DNA of 64,000 bases, from positions 544,001 through 608,000 of the forward strand of contig OZ244799.1 in the NCBI GenBank assembly GCA_965219955.1, given 5' to 3'. Shown here one piece after another: positions 1 to 11,609 of the stretch; within the stretch, counting starts at the first letter, position 1, and each line of letters starts with the position of its first letter. The notes beneath the pieces were generated by a model. The model had not been told where the DNA came from, did no database searches, and saw only the letters and a list, made by a program, of their open reading frames with translations. A program made the translations under genes and the position numbers. Source of the stretch: a bacterium (GTDB taxonomy: Bacteria > UBA8248).

Positions 1-1357
1 GGCGCACCGCGTGGCCGATCTGATGGAAGAAGGCGGCGCGGACGTATGGTTCGAGAGACCGGCCGCGGAACTTCTGCCGCCGGGTTTCACCTGCCCCGAA
101 TGCGGCGGCGCGTCTTTCAGGAAAGAGACCGACATTCTCGACGTCTGGTTCGACTCGGGCGTGAGCCAGGCGGCCGTCCTGGAGAAGAGAGAGGAGTTGA
201 CGTGGCCTTCGGACATGTATCTGGAAGGCAGCGATCAGCACCGGGGCTGGTTCCACAGCTCCCTGCTCGCCGCCGTGGGCGTCAGGGACGCGGCACCCTA
301 CCGTGAGGTGCTCACCCACGGCTACGTGGTGGACGGCAAGGGCAAGAAGATGAGCAAATCGCTCGGCAACACGATTGCGCCCGAAGAAATCATCAAGAAA
401 TACGGCGCGGAGATATTGAGGCTCTGGGTCGCCGGGGAGAACTACAGGGAGGATATCCGCATCTCCCCGCAGATTCTGGACCGCATGGCCGAGGCCTACC
501 GCCGGATGAGAAACACCTGCCGCTTCCTGCTGGGCAACCTGAGGGACTATGAGAGCTTCGACCCCGTGCAGGACGCCGTTCCCCTGCCCGAGCGCATGGA
601 GATCGACAGGCTCATCATCAGCCGCCTGGATAAGCTCGTCGAGCGCGTGCGGCAGGCCTACGCCGATTATGAGTTTCACGCCGTCTACCATGCGCTCAAC
701 AACTTCTGCGCGGTCGATTTGTCCTCGTTCTATCTCGACGTCCTGAAGGACAGGCTCTATATCTCGCTGCCCGACGACGTCGACAGGATATCGGGCGTCA
801 GCACCATGCACGAAATCCTGGATGCGCTGCTCCGGATGATGGCGCCGATCCTGCCCTTCACGGCGGAAGAAGCCTATCAACTGACGCCGAAACTACACGG
901 CGAGAGCATCCACCTGGCGTCCCTACCCGAGGCCGACGCCGAGCGGCGCGACGAGGCGCTGGAGGAGAAATGGGAGCCGCTCATGCGCGCGCGGGCCGAG
1001 GTGTTGAAGGCGCTCGAACTCGTCCGCCAGAATCAGGAAAAGGGCAAGGGCAGTTCGCTCAATTTCAGCGTGAAGCTGTTCACCGAGGAGAGTATGCGCG
1101 AGAAGCTGGCGGTCCTGGAACCCGAGATGGAAGACGTGTTCATCGTCTCGGGCGCCGCGCTCGCCGGCGCTGGCGATGCGCCCTCGGGCGATGTCTACCG
1201 CAGCGAGGAGGTGGAGGGTCTGGCCGTCGAGGTGAGCGAGGCGCGGGGGGCGAAGTGCGCCATGTCCTGGAAAATCTCGGAAGACGTTGGTTCGGACCCC
1301 CGCTTCCCCGACCTCTCGGCGCGCTGCGCCCGCATCGCCGCGAAGGTGCTTTCGTGA
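1..1357 (+). CDS. ileS: Isoleucyl-tRNA synthetase, 5'-truncated by window edge
   Basis: DVWFDSG, LEGSDQHRGWF and KMSKS motifs; anticodon-binding domain; followed by lspA. Confidence 0.97.
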   Translation, partial: AHRVADLMEEGGADVWFERPAAELLPPGFTCPECGGASFRKETDILDVWFDSGVSQAAVLEKREELTWPSDMYLEGSDQHRGWFHSSLLAAVGVRDAAPYREVLTHGYVVDGKGKKMSKSLGNTIAPEEIIKKYGAEILRLWVAGENYREDIRISPQILDRMAEAYRRMRNTCRFLLGNLRDYESFDPVQDAVPLPERMEIDRLIISRLDKLVERVRQAYADYEFHAVYHALNNFCAVDLSSFYLDVLKDRLYISLPDDVDRISGVSTMHEILDALLRMMAPILPFTAEEAYQLTPKLHGESIHLASLPEADAERRDEALEEKWEPLMRARAEVLKALELVRQNQEKGKGSSLNFSVKLFTEESMREKLAVLEPEMEDVFIVSGAALAGAGDAPSGDVYRSEEVEGLAVEVSEARGAKCAMSWKISEDVGSDPRFPDLSARCARIAAKVLS

Positions 1358-1863
1358 GCCGAAGGCCGGGGCTCAAACCGTTTTTCCTCATTGCCGCACT
1401 CTTCGCCCTGGCCGATCAGGTCCTCAAGCAGATTGTCGACAAGACTTTCGCCCTGGGCGACTCGGTAATGGTGATTCCGGGGTTTTTCAATCTCGTGTAT
1501 TTAAGAAATTCAGGCGGAGCGTTCAGCATCCTGGACGGCCTGCCTCCCCTGTGGGGGCGTCTTTTCTTTACCTGCGCCACCCTGGCGGCGCTGGCGTTCG
1601 TCCTTTATCTGTACCGCACCCACTCGCCGGGGAATCTCTGGGGAAGAGCGGGCATGATTCTCGTCTTCGGCGGCGGCCTGGGGAATCTGGTCGACAGGGT
1701 CGCCTACGGCGAGGTGATCGATTATCTCCTGTTCTATTATGGACAATACCATTGGCCCGCCTTCAACCTGGCGGATTCAGGCATCACGGTCGGGGTCGGG
1801 CTGATGATAGTCGACTTGCTTCGGAGTCCGCCCGAAACCGCATCGAAGGGGAAAGGCGGGTAG
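1354..1863 (+). CDS. lspA: Lipoprotein signal peptidase II
   Basis: GTG start overlapping ileS stop; NSGGAFS, GNLVDR, VIDY, WPAFNLAD motifs. Confidence 0.95.
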   Translation: MSRRPGLKPFFLIAALFALADQVLKQIVDKTFALGDSVMVIPGFFNLVYLRNSGGAFSILDGLPPLWGRLFFTCATLAALAFVLYLYRTHSPGNLWGRAGMILVFGGGLGNLVDRVAYGEVIDYLLFYYGQYHWPAFNLADSGITVGVGLMIVDLLRSPPETASKGKGG

Positions 1864-1926
1864 AGCGATTCGCCCGGGCAGCAGCCGGTTTTCACGAGAA
1901 GTGAGTTTCTTTCCGGAGGGATGGAG

Positions 1927-2469
1927 ATGCTGGGTCCTTTCCCGTTCTCGGGGACGCATGCGAGCCGGAACAATCCCTCCATAGGCTCGGCGACAAGGGC
2001 GCGCGGCTACGCGCGCCATTATCTGTGGAACACGTCCATTTTCTGGGGTTTGGTTTCCCTGGCGTGCATTTCGGGCCTGGGATTTTTGATAGCGCAGCGT
2101 CCCCTCGAAGAAGAGACGCTCTTCTACGCCGCCGCATCCGTTCTGGGCGTTTTTCTCGCCTATTCGTTCTGGAGAACATCGCGCTCGCTCACGGACCTGA
2201 TGAGCGAGCCCGTGAGTTTCGAGGGCCGGGTGGCGTCCAAATCTTCCTATATCTTCTGGAACAAGCTCGCATTTCTGGAGGAGAAGTATCATCTGCAAAT
2301 CGTTCGCGGCGTGGGCATGCGACCGCTGACGCTGGGGAGCGGAAAAAGCGTCAAGGAAGGCTGGTTCCTGGCCGCACAGGGCTATCACGACCTCCTGGCT
2401 CCGGGTGATAATGTCCGGGGTACGCTCTATCCCAGATCGCGCGTCATCGGCGCCCTCGTCAAGGTATGA
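1927..2469 (+). CDS. Hypothetical membrane protein (about 2 TM helices)
   Basis: GGAGG SD 7 nt before ATG 1927; two hydrophobic segments; stop overlaps rluD start. Confidence 0.6.
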   Translation: MLGPFPFSGTHASRNNPSIGSATRARGYARHYLWNTSIFWGLVSLACISGLGFLIAQRPLEEETLFYAAASVLGVFLAYSFWRTSRSLTDLMSEPVSFEGRVASKSSYIFWNKLAFLEEKYHLQIVRGVGMRPLTLGSGKSVKEGWFLAAQGYHDLLAPGDNVRGTLYPRSRVIGALVKV

Positions 2470-3443
2470 GTGTGGCGGAGAAGGGCGGGAGAACCTTTTC
2501 GCTGGTCTGCCGTGAAGGCGCCAGGCGCGTCGATTCGTTTCTGGCCCGGAACCTGACGGAACTCTCCCGCTCGCGCGTGCAGGCGCTCATCCGGGACGGC
2601 ATGGTCTGCGTCGATGGAAGAATCGAGACGAAAACGGCGCACGCCCTCCCAAACGGCGCGCGCGTCGTGGTGACGCTGCCGCCTCCCGTGCCCTCCCACA
2701 TCGAGGCCGAAGATATCGCGCTCGACGTTCGCTACGAGGACGCGCACCTTCTTGTGATCAACAAGCCGCCCGGCATGGTGGTCCACCCCGGCGCGGGCCG
2801 GCGCAAGGGAACCCTGGCCGGCGCTCTTTTGCATCACTGCCGGGGTCAGCTTTCGGGCATCGGCGGGGTGGAGAGGCCCGGCATCGTTCACCGGCTCGAC
2901 AAGGACACGTCCGGCCTGCTGATAGCGGCGAAAACGGATGCGGCGCACGGAAGACTCTCCGCCGATCTCAAGGCGCGCCGGATTCATCGGCACTATCTGG
3001 CCATCGTCCAGGGCATCCCCGCCCAGGGGGGGGGGACGGTAGACGCTCCCATCGGACGCCATCCCGCACACAGGACGGCCATGGCGGTCGTCGGGAGCGG
3101 CCGCCGCGCGGTGACCCACTACGCGGTCCGGGAGGTGCTGGGAGACGCATCGCTTTTGGGCATCAGGCTGGAAACGGGAAGGACGCATCAGATCAGGGTG
3201 CACATGAGCCACATCGGGCATCCCGTCCTGGGCGATCCGGTCTACGGCTTCGGGAGGTTGCCGAGGGGTCCGCGCAAGAAGACCAAATCGCAACAAAAGA
3301 GCCTCATCGGGAGACAGGCCCTCCATGCGCACAGGCTGGTTTTCCGCCACCCCATCGAAGGGGACGAGCGGGAGTTGGTGGCCGAGCCTCCGGCGGATTT
3401 CCTGAAACTGCTGGAAGACTTACGGGAACCGCTCTCTCGCTGA
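2466..3443 (+). CDS. rluD: RluA/RluD-family pseudouridine synthase
   Basis: S4 domain, NKPPGMVVHP, HRLDKDTSG, TGRTHQIRVH, QALHA motifs. Confidence 0.93.
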   Translation: MSVAEKGGRTFSLVCREGARRVDSFLARNLTELSRSRVQALIRDGMVCVDGRIETKTAHALPNGARVVVTLPPPVPSHIEAEDIALDVRYEDAHLLVINKPPGMVVHPGAGRRKGTLAGALLHHCRGQLSGIGGVERPGIVHRLDKDTSGLLIAAKTDAAHGRLSADLKARRIHRHYLAIVQGIPAQGGGTVDAPIGRHPAHRTAMAVVGSGRRAVTHYAVREVLGDASLLGIRLETGRTHQIRVHMSHIGHPVLGDPVYGFGRLPRGPRKKTKSQQKSLIGRQALHAHRLVFRHPIEGDERELVAEPPADFLKLLEDLREPLSR

Positions 3444-3623
3444 GTGCGTTTCACGCCTGAGCCGACCGGGGCGTCCCAAGGTTTCGTCTCATTCCTTGCC
3501 TACCGTGTTCGAGGTATGCCATAAGAACCCCTGACATATGGAGATACCGTTTCAGGCATTTGAGTTCTCTGCTCCGGTATTCTGGAGGAGAGGCATCAAT
3601 CTATTTGTTCATTGAGGGCTTAT

Positions 3624-4808
3624 ATGAAAGACGTCGTCATTCTCAGTAGTGTTCGCTCGCCGGGCGGGGCCTTCGGCGGCGCGCTCAAAGGCATGACCGC
3701 ACCGGAGTTGGGCGTTCACATCGCCCGCGAGGCGGTTCAGAGATCGGGCGTGGAGCCCGAACATTTCGACGAGACCATCATCGGCCACGGATGGCAGGCG
3801 GGGGTGGGGCCCAATTCCGCGCGGCTCGTCTCGGTGGGCGCGGGCCTTCCCAATGAGACGCCGGCCTACACGATCAACAAGCGCTGCGGCTCGAGCATTA
3901 AGGCCGCAGCCCTCGCCGCGCAGGCGATTCGCGCGGGCGATGCGGAGGTCGTGCTCGCCGGCGGCGTGGAGAGCACGTCCAACGTGCCCTTCGTGAACCC
4001 GGGCGCGCGGTGGGGGAACCGCTTCGGGCACGCGCAGTTTCTGGACCTGATCTACAAGGACGGCTATGAGGATCCCCTCTCGGGGCAGCTTATGGGCGTG
4101 ACGGCGGAGAATCTGGTCGAGAAATACAACCTGAGCCGTGAGGAGCAGGACGAGTACGCGCTCGAAAGCCAGGAGAAGGCCGTGGCGGCCGTCGAAGGCG
4201 GAAAGTTCGCCGATGAGATCGCGCCAATCGAGTTGAAAGGCCGAAAGGGCGAGGTTACGGTTTTCGATAGGGACGAGACGCCGCGCAGCGGCATGTCCAT
4301 GGAAAAACTGGGCCGCCTCAGGCCCGTTTTCGACAAGAACGGCTCCGTCACCCCCGGGAATTCATGCTGTCAGGCGGATGCGGCCTCCGCCCTCGTCCTG
4401 GCGTCGAGGGAGAAGGCGGACGCGTTGGGCGCAAAGCCCGTCGCCGTCCTGCGCGGCTACGCCTCGACGGGCGTGGAGCCCCGCTACATGGGGCTGGGGC
4501 CCGTTACTGCTATCCCTAAAGCGCTCGATCGCGCGGGACTTTCGCTTTCGGACATGGATTTGATCGAGGTGAACGAGGCGTTCGCCGCCCAGGTCATCGC
4601 CTGTGAGAGAGAACTCGAGTGGGACAGGAAGAAGCTGAACGTGCACGGCGGCGCCATCGCCCTCGGCCATCCGGTGGGTGCTACGGGCGGGAAAATCATT
4701 GCCACCTGTCTGAGCGCGCTCGAGCAAAGGGGCGGGCAGTTCGGCGTGGTGAGCGCCTGCATCGGCGGGGGCCAGGGGGTGGCCGTCGTCCTGGAGCGCG
4801 TCGCTTAG
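3624..4808 (+). CDS. Acetyl-CoA C-acyltransferase (thiolase)
   Basis: NKRCGSS, NEAFAAQ, GGAIALGHPVGATG, CIGGGQG thiolase motifs. Confidence 0.95.
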   Translation: MKDVVILSSVRSPGGAFGGALKGMTAPELGVHIAREAVQRSGVEPEHFDETIIGHGWQAGVGPNSARLVSVGAGLPNETPAYTINKRCGSSIKAAALAAQAIRAGDAEVVLAGGVESTSNVPFVNPGARWGNRFGHAQFLDLIYKDGYEDPLSGQLMGVTAENLVEKYNLSREEQDEYALESQEKAVAAVEGGKFADEIAPIELKGRKGEVTVFDRDETPRSGMSMEKLGRLRPVFDKNGSVTPGNSCCQADAASALVLASREKADALGAKPVAVLRGYASTGVEPRYMGLGPVTAIPKALDRAGLSLSDMDLIEVNEAFAAQVIACERELEWDRKKLNVHGGAIALGHPVGATGGKIIATCLSALEQRGGQFGVVSACIGGGQGVAVVLERVA

Positions 4809-4846
4809 GCGCATGATTTTATAGTTCAGTAAAACCAGAGGATGAG

Positions 4847-5701
4847 ATGGGAATAGATAAGGCAATGGTGGTGGGCGCGGGTACGATGGGCGCAGGAATC
4901 GCCCAGCTTTTCGCGCAAAACGAGATTCCGGTGGTCCTGACGGATCTGAGCGAAGAGATGGTTGCGAAAGCGATTTCGGGGCTTGAAACGCGAGTCGCCA
5001 GGCGCGTCGAGCAGGGCAAGATGTCTGCTGAGGCGAAAGACGCCGTTTTCTCGCGCATCACGCCTGCGACGGGCTATGCGAAGGCGGCGGATGCGGACAT
5101 TGTCGTCGAGGCCGTTTTCGAGGACATGGATATCAAGAAAGAGGTGCTGGGCGCGCTGGATGAGGCGGCGCCGGAACGCGCGATTTTCGCGTCGAACACG
5201 ACCTCGCTCTCCATCACCGAGATGGCGGCGGCCACATCGAGGCCCGAGAAGGTGGTGGGCGTGCATTTCTTCAACCCGGCGCTGGTGATGAAGCTCGTGG
5301 AGATCATGCCGGGCCTCGGCACTTCGAAAGAGACGGTCGAAGCCGCCCGCGCCCTCGCCGAGCGGCTCGGCAAGACGCCCGTGATGGCGAATTTCGACAG
5401 CCCGGCGGGCATCGGCAGCCGCGTGCTGGCGGGGATGCTGAACGAGGCGGTGGAGGTCTATGCGGGGGGGCTGGCCTCCGCCGAGGACATCGACAAGGCG
5501 ATGAAGATGGGCGCAGGGCTGCCCATGGGGCCGCTCGAACTCATCGACCTGATCGGCGTGGACATCCATCTCGCCAAGACGGAGACGCTCTACCGCGAAC
5601 TGGGCGACACGCGCTATAGGCCGAACTTCCTGCTCCGCAAGATGGTCAAGGCGGGCCACCTGGGCCGCAAGTCCGGCCGCGGCTTCTTCACCTACGAATA
5701 A
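4847..5701 (+). CDS. 3-hydroxybutyryl/3-hydroxyacyl-CoA dehydrogenase
   Basis: GAGTMGAGIA Rossmann motif, EAVFE, SNTTS, HFFNP, PMGPLEL.DLIG, GRKSGRGF. Confidence 0.93.
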   Translation: MGIDKAMVVGAGTMGAGIAQLFAQNEIPVVLTDLSEEMVAKAISGLETRVARRVEQGKMSAEAKDAVFSRITPATGYAKAADADIVVEAVFEDMDIKKEVLGALDEAAPERAIFASNTTSLSITEMAAATSRPEKVVGVHFFNPALVMKLVEIMPGLGTSKETVEAARALAERLGKTPVMANFDSPAGIGSRVLAGMLNEAVEVYAGGLASAEDIDKAMKMGAGLPMGPLELIDLIGVDIHLAKTETLYRELGDTRYRPNFLLRKMVKAGHLGRKSGRGFFTYE

Positions 5702-5722
5702 GACTCCCATCCTGAGACGACC

Positions 5723-6874
5723 GTGGATTTTGAACTCAACGACACACAGCGGCTGATCAAGGAGACGGCGGCGGAGTTCGCCCAGAGGCGAATCGTCCCC
5801 GTGGCGCGGGAGAACGACGAGAAAGAACGTTACCCGGCGGACATCGTCGCCGAGATGGGCGCGTTGGGCATGTTCGGCGGACCGATCCCCGAGGAATACG
5901 GCGGTGCCGGCCTCGACTACATCTCCTACGCCATCATGAACGAGGAGATCAGCAAGGCGTGCAGTTCGGTGCGCACCGTCCTGTCGGTGCAGATCTCTCT
6001 CGTCGCCACCACGATCCTGAAGTGGGGGAGCGAGGCGCAGAAGAAGAAATATCTCCCGAAACTCTGCACGGCGGAGTGGATCGGGTGCTTCGGCCTCACG
6101 GAGCCGGACGTGGGCTCGGACGCCCAGCACTTGAAGACCTTTGCGCAGAAGACGCCTAGCGGCTGGAAGCTGAACGGCCAGAAGATATGGATCAGCAACG
6201 GAGGGGTCGCGCAACTAGCGCTGGTGATCGCGCAGACCGACCGCGAGAACCCCCGCAGGATGGCGGCGTTTCTGGTGGAAACCGACCGGCCCGGTTTCGA
6301 GGCCAGGACGATGCACGGGAAGCTGGGGCTCAGGAGTTCGAACACCGCCGAGCTTTTCCTGGCGAACGTGGAAGTGCCCGATGACGCCTTGATGGGGGAG
6401 GTGGGCGACGGCTTCAAGGTCGCGATGAGCGCGCTCGACAACGGGCGCTATTCGGTGGGCGCGGGCTGCCTGGGAATCGCGCAGGGCTCGCTCGAGGCGT
6501 CGGTCGCCTACGCGAAGGAGCGCCGCACGTTCGGCAAGCCCATCGCCGCGCACCAGCTCGTACAGGACATGATCGCCCGCATGGTGGTCGACATCGACGC
6601 GAGCAGGCTCCTGCTCTACCGGGCGGGCGAACTCAAGAACGCAGGCAAGCCGAACACGCGCGAGACCTCCATCGCCAAATACTATTGCACCGAGGCGGCC
6701 CTTCGCTGCGCGAACGACGCCATCCAGATTCACGGCGGCATGGGCTACAGCAACGAGTATCCCGTGGAGCGCTACATGCGAGACGCGCGCGTGGCGACCA
6801 TTTACGAGGGAACCAGCCAGATCCAGAAGCTCATCATCGCAGGCTTTGAAACCGGAATCCGCGCGTTCGCATGA
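5723..6874 (+). CDS. Acyl-CoA dehydrogenase
   Basis: GLTEPDVGSD, NGQKIWISNG, R.TFGKPI, QIHGGMGY, IYEGTSQIQ motifs. Confidence 0.95.
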   Translation: MDFELNDTQRLIKETAAEFAQRRIVPVARENDEKERYPADIVAEMGALGMFGGPIPEEYGGAGLDYISYAIMNEEISKACSSVRTVLSVQISLVATTILKWGSEAQKKKYLPKLCTAEWIGCFGLTEPDVGSDAQHLKTFAQKTPSGWKLNGQKIWISNGGVAQLALVIAQTDRENPRRMAAFLVETDRPGFEARTMHGKLGLRSSNTAELFLANVEVPDDALMGEVGDGFKVAMSALDNGRYSVGAGCLGIAQGSLEASVAYAKERRTFGKPIAAHQLVQDMIARMVVDIDASRLLLYRAGELKNAGKPNTRETSIAKYYCTEAALRCANDAIQIHGGMGYSNEYPVERYMRDARVATIYEGTSQIQKLIIAGFETGIRAFA

Positions 6875-7038
6875 GCGAAAAACTGCCTAAGACTTTGAAA
6901 TTCAATCTCTTGAAGCCCATTTCGCCTCACGCGCCATATTTTTCCCAAAATGAACATATATAAAACCTCTTGAAATTCGTTTCGATACGCGGTAAGGCTC
7001 ATGGAGGGCGATAATTTCAGCCGCTAAGCGAGGTTGCC

Positions 7039-8157
7039 ATGACGAATTCCGACCAGGAACTGCGCAGAACCTCCCTGTATGAAACCCACAAGGCCGCGGG
7101 TGCCAAGATGGTGCCCTTCGCCGGCTATGAGATGCCCGTCCAGTACACGGGCGTGATCGAAGAGCACCATGCGGTGCGAGAAGCCGCCGGCCTGTTCGAC
7201 GTGAGCCACATGGGCGAGTTCGAGGCGCGCGGAAAAGAGGCGGGCGCCTTCATCCACAAGATGGTGACGAACAACGTCAAGCGGCTCGAGGTGGGCGGCG
7301 TCCTGTATGCAGCCATGTGCAGAGCGGAAGGCGGGATCGTGGACGACCTCACGGTCTACCGGCTCGAAGAGGAGCGCTACATGGCCGTCGTGAACGCGGC
7401 GAACATCGAAAAGGACTGGGAGTGGATGGCTTCCCACCACGCCGAGGACTGCGCGTTCAAAAACGTGAGCGAGCAAACGGGCCTCCTCGCCCTGCAAGGC
7501 CCCAAGGCCGAGTCTATTTTAGCGAAACTGATTCCGGGCGGAGGGGACCTCGCGGCCATCCCCTATTACGGGGCGCGTTACGAGGACTTGGCGGGGCGTG
7601 AGGTGCTGGTCTCCCGCACGGGCTATACGGGAGAGGACGGCTTCGAGCTCTATTGCGAATCGGCCGATGCGCCCGCGGTCTGGAATGCCCTGATGAGCGA
7701 GGGCGGGGGCGATGGCCTCAAACCCTGCGGCCTCGGCGCGCGGGATACCCTGCGCACCGAGATGAAATTCGCCCTGTACGGAAACGACATCGACGAGTCC
7801 ACCCACCCGCTCGAAGCGGGCCTCGGCTGGGTGGTGAGGTACAAGGCGGGGGACTTCATCGGACGCGAGAAATTGCTGGCCTTAAAGGCCGAAGGCGTAA
7901 AGAGGAAACTGGTTGGATTCGAGATGGTGGATCGTGGTATTCCTCGACATGGAGCGCCCATCCTGATCGACGGCGAAGTGGCCGGCGAGGTGACGAGCGG
8001 GACGATGAGCCCCTCTCTTGGCAAAGCCATCGGGATAGGCTACGTTCCGGCGTCGAACGCGGACGAGGGCGCTGCTCTCGAAATCGATATACGCGGCAAG
8101 GCCAGACGGGCGCAGATAGTGAAGACGCCTTTTTACAAAAAGCCTGAAACGGAGTGA
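7039..8157 (+). CDS. gcvT: Glycine cleavage T protein (aminomethyltransferase)
   Basis: [44 protein letters not shown]. Confidence 0.96.
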   Translation: MTNSDQELRRTSLYETHKAAGAKMVPFAGYEMPVQYTGVIEEHHAVREAAGLFDVSHMGEFEARGKEAGAFIHKMVTNNVKRLEVGGVLYAAMCRAEGGIVDDLTVYRLEEERYMAVVNAANIEKDWEWMASHHAEDCAFKNVSEQTGLLALQGPKAESILAKLIPGGGDLAAIPYYGARYEDLAGREVLVSRTGYTGEDGFELYCESADAPAVWNALMSEGGGDGLKPCGLGARDTLRTEMKFALYGNDIDESTHPLEAGLGWVVRYKAGDFIGREKLLALKAEGVKRKLVGFEMVDRGIPRHGAPILIDGEVAGEVTSGTMSPSLGKAIGIGYVPASNADEGAALEIDIRGKARRAQIVKTPFYKKPETE

Positions 8158-8221
8158 ATTTCGTTTCCTCGTAACAAATCAAAAGAATCTGCCGTCATCT
8201 AAAAGGGAGGCATTCAGGAGC

Positions 8222-8611
8222 ATGGAACTACCGAGCGGCCTCAAATATTCCAGAGAGCACGAGTGGGTGAGAGTAGAGGGAAACATCGCGGTGATTGGGA
8301 TTACGGACTTCGCCCAATCGGAATTGGGAGACGTCGTGTACGTCGAACTGCCCGAAGCCGGCACGGAAGTAGAGGCGAACAACACTTTCGGCGTTGTGGA
8401 GAGCGTCAAGGCGGTATCGGACCTCTTCGCGCCGGTCACCGGCGTCGTCGTCGAGGCGAACACCACGCTTGAGGATCAACCCGAACTCGTGAATTCGGAG
8501 CCGTATGAAGACGGCTGGATGATTCGGGTGGAGATGAAAGACGAGTCGGAGTTGAATGATCTCCTGGAAGCCGATTCTTACCGGGCGTACACCGAGGAGG
8601 AAGGCGGTTAG
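8222..8611 (+). CDS. gcvH: Glycine cleavage H protein
   Basis: [22 protein letters not shown] lipoyl-lysine motif. Confidence 0.97.
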   Translation: MELPSGLKYSREHEWVRVEGNIAVIGITDFAQSELGDVVYVELPEAGTEVEANNTFGVVESVKAVSDLFAPVTGVVVEANTTLEDQPELVNSEPYEDGWMIRVEMKDESELNDLLEADSYRAYTEEEGG

Positions 8612-8718
8612 TCCGAACCGGCTTCCTCCTTCGCTCTGCGAGGGGTTAACCGTTTCCCTTGAACCTGAGCGGTAATGAAGTGTCCGCCTGAATCCCCATG
8701 ACCTGAAGGGGCGCATTC

Positions 8719-11607
8719 ATGCCGGAAACTCGCTTGTCTCTTGAGAATCTCGAAAATCGGGGAGAATTCATCCATCGCCACATCGCGCCGGGCGATGAAG
8801 CCATTGCGTCGATGCTGGGCGAAGTCGGCCTGGACTCCCTGGACGACCTGGTCGAAAAAGCCATCCCTGAATCCATCATTTCCCGGACTGAGCTGAATCT
8901 CGCCGCGCCCAGAACAGAACAGCAGGCTCTCGCGGATTTGGGTTCTTTCGCGGCCCGGAACCAGGTGTTCAGGTCCATGCTCGGCATGGGGTATTCGGAT
9001 TGCCACACCCCGACGGTGGTTCTCCGGAACATCCTGGAGAATCCGGGCTGGTACACGGCGTACACCCCCTATCAGCCGGAAATCTCGCAGGGGCGCATGG
9101 AAGCGCTGCTCAATTTCCAGACCATGATCATGGACCTCACCGGCATGGAGATCGCCAACGCCTCGTTGCTCGATGAGGGCACAGCAGCGGCAGAGGCGAT
9201 GACCATGGTGATGAACGCGAGCAGGAACAAGGGGCGCAAGTTCTTCATCTCGCAAGACTGTCACCCCCAGACCATAGAAGTGGTGCGCACGAGGGCGGAG
9301 CCTCAGGACATCGAGGTCGTGGTTGGTGATCACCGCGGCGGCGCGCCGGACGAGGATGTCTTCGGCGTCTTGCTTCAGTATCCCGCAACGGGCGGGGAGA
9401 TATTCGACTACGCCGGTTTTGCGGCCAGGGCGCACGAGAAAGATGCTTTGGTCGTCGTCGCCGCGGACATTCTCGCCCTGGCGCTCTTGAAACCCCCCGG
9501 TGAGTTCGGGGCGGACGTCGTCGTGGGCAACTCGCAGCGCTTCGGCGTACCCCTCGGCTTCGGCGGGCCGCACGCGGCTTATCTGGCGACCAGGGAGCAG
9601 TACAAGCGCGCCATGCCGGGCCGGATCGTCGGCGTATCCATCGACGCGGATGAAAAGCCCGCCCTGCGGCTGTCCTTACAGACGAGAGAGCAGCACATAC
9701 GCCGCGAGCGCGCCACGAGCAACATATGCACGGCCCAGGTGCTTCTGGCCGTCATCGCGAGCATGTACGGGGTGTACCACGGCCCGGACGGTGTCGGGAG
9801 GATCGCGCGGAGAACGCACCGTCTCGCAGGCGTGCTGGCCGATGGCCTGGAGCGCATGGGCTACGCTCTGGCGGCGGATTCTTTCTTCGACACCGTGGCG
9901 GTGCGCGTCGGCGCGGGAGGCGCTTCTCGCATTGTCGAAAAAGCGGCGGAGCGCCGCATGAACCTGAGAGCGCTCGATGAGGATACCGTCGGCGTCGCTT
10001 TTGATGAGACCACCGGGAGAGAGGACGTCGAGGCGCTCTGGGAGGTTTTTGCACCAGACGGCTCAGCCGGAATATCGTTCGATGACGTCGAGGCGAACGC
10101 GGCGGAGAGGATTCCGGAGTCCTTGCGAAGAACCTCGCCCTACATGACGCACCCGGTTTTCAATTCCTATCACGCGGAACATGAAATGCTGCGCTACATC
10201 TACCGACTTCAGGAAAAAGACATCGCCCTTACGCGCTCGATGATCCCTCTGGGTTCGTGCACCATGAAGCTGAACGCCACCACCGAGATGATTCCCGTGA
10301 CGTGGGAGGAATTCGGCGGCGTTCACCCCTTCGCGCCGGAGGAACAGGTGCGCGGGTACCGGGATTTCATCGCCGATCTGGAACACATGCTGGCCGAGTG
10401 CACGGGGTTCGATTCCATTTCCATGCAGCCCAACTCGGGTGCGCAGGGCGAATACGCCGGTTTGCTGGTCATCCGCAAATACCTTGAGAGCAAGAACGAG
10501 GGCTACCGGAACATCTGCCTGATCCCCAGTTCGGCCCACGGAACGAATCCCGCAAGCGCCGTCATGGCCGGTTTCGAGGTCGTGGTCGTCGATTGCGATT
10601 CGAACGGGAACGTGGACATCGCGGATCTCAGGGAGAAGGCGGAGAAATTTTCAGAAAAACTCGCCGCCCTGATGATCACCTATCCTTCGACGCACGGCGT
10701 TTTCGAGGAAGGCGTGGTGGAGATTTGCGAGGTCATCCACCGAAACGGCGGGCAGGTGTACATGGACGGCGCGAACCTGAACGCCCTGGTCGGCATCTGC
10801 AAGCCCGGTGAATTCGGTCCCGACGTCTCCCACATGAACCTCCACAAGACGTTCTGCATCCCCCACGGCGGCGGCGGGCCGGGCATGGGCCCCATCGGCG
10901 TCGTGAAGCATCTGTCTCCTTACCTGCCGAAACATTCGGTGGTTTCGGGCGTCGGGCCGGAGACGGGCGTGGATGCGATTTCCGCGGCGCCCTGGGGAAG
11001 CGCGGGGATTCTGCCCATCTCCTGGATGTATATCGCCATGATGGGCGGCGAGGGCCTCGTCAAGGCGACGCAGGTGGCCATTCTGAACGCGAATTACGTG
11101 GCCCGGAGGCTCGAACCCCACTATGAGGTTCTCTACAAGGGGGCGAACGGCATGGTGGCGCATGAGTGCATCATCGACATCAGGCCCCTGCAGGAAGTTT
11201 CCGGCGTGACGAACGAGGACATCGCGAAGCGCCTGATGGACTACGGCTTCCACGCGCCCACGATGTCCTTCCCGGTGGCGGGAACCTTGATGATCGAGCC
11301 GACGGAGAGCGAATCGCGAGAAGAACTGGATCGTTTCTGCGACGCGATGATCGACATCAGGCGCGATATCCAGGAGATCGCGGACGGGCTGATGAGCGCG
11401 GAGGACAACGCGCTCAAGAACGCGCCCCACACGGCGTCGGACATCGCAGCCGATGAATGGACTCACCCCTATTCGCGCGAGAAGGCCGTTTTCCCGCTTC
11501 CCTGGGTGCGCGCGGCGAAGTACTGGCCTCCCGTCAAGCGGGTGAACAATCCCTATGGAGACAGGAACCTGGTCTGCTCTTGCCTGCCGGTCGAAAACTA
11601 CGCCTGA
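8719..11607 (+). CDS. gcvP: Glycine decarboxylase P protein (single-chain)
   Basis: [48 protein letters not shown]-lysine motif. Confidence 0.97.
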   Translation: MPETRLSLENLENRGEFIHRHIAPGDEAIASMLGEVGLDSLDDLVEKAIPESIISRTELNLAAPRTEQQALADLGSFAARNQVFRSMLGMGYSDCHTPTVVLRNILENPGWYTAYTPYQPEISQGRMEALLNFQTMIMDLTGMEIANASLLDEGTAAAEAMTMVMNASRNKGRKFFISQDCHPQTIEVVRTRAEPQDIEVVVGDHRGGAPDEDVFGVLLQYPATGGEIFDYAGFAARAHEKDALVVVAADILALALLKPPGEFGADVVVGNSQRFGVPLGFGGPHAAYLATREQYKRAMPGRIVGVSIDADEKPALRLSLQTREQHIRRERATSNICTAQVLLAVIASMYGVYHGPDGVGRIARRTHRLAGVLADGLERMGYALAADSFFDTVAVRVGAGGASRIVEKAAERRMNLRALDEDTVGVAFDETTGREDVEALWEVFAPDGSAGISFDDVEANAAERIPESLRRTSPYMTHPVFNSYHAEHEMLRYIYRLQEKDIALTRSMIPLGSCTMKLNATTEMIPVTWEEFGGVHPFAPEEQVRGYRDFIADLEHMLAECTGFDSISMQPNSGAQGEYAGLLVIRKYLESKNEGYRNICLIPSSAHGTNPASAVMAGFEVVVVDCDSNGNVDIADLREKAEKFSEKLAALMITYPSTHGVFEEGVVEICEVIHRNGGQVYMDGANLNALVGICKPGEFGPDVSHMNLHKTFCIPHGGGGPGMGPIGVVKHLSPYLPKHSVVSGVGPETGVDAISAAPWGSAGILPISWMYIAMMGGEGLVKATQVAILNANYVARRLEPHYEVLYKGANGMVAHECIIDIRPLQEVSGVTNEDIAKRLMDYGFHAPTMSFPVAGTLMIEPTESESREELDRFCDAMIDIRRDIQEIADGLMSAEDNALKNAPHTASDIAADEWTHPYSREKAVFPLPWVRAAKYWPPVKRVNNPYGDRNLVCSCLPVENYA

Positions 11608-11609
11608 GA

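Noticed and set aside
1861-1926. Stop-codon readthrough from lspA into the in-frame downstream ORF
   Set aside because: The downstream ORF has its own GGAGG SD and ATG; a 21-codon open stretch is expected by chance at this GC content.
6875-8718. Glycine riboswitch before gcvT or gcvP
   Set aside because: Neither intergenic region shows the GGAGA..CCGAAG..CTCAGG aptamer core.
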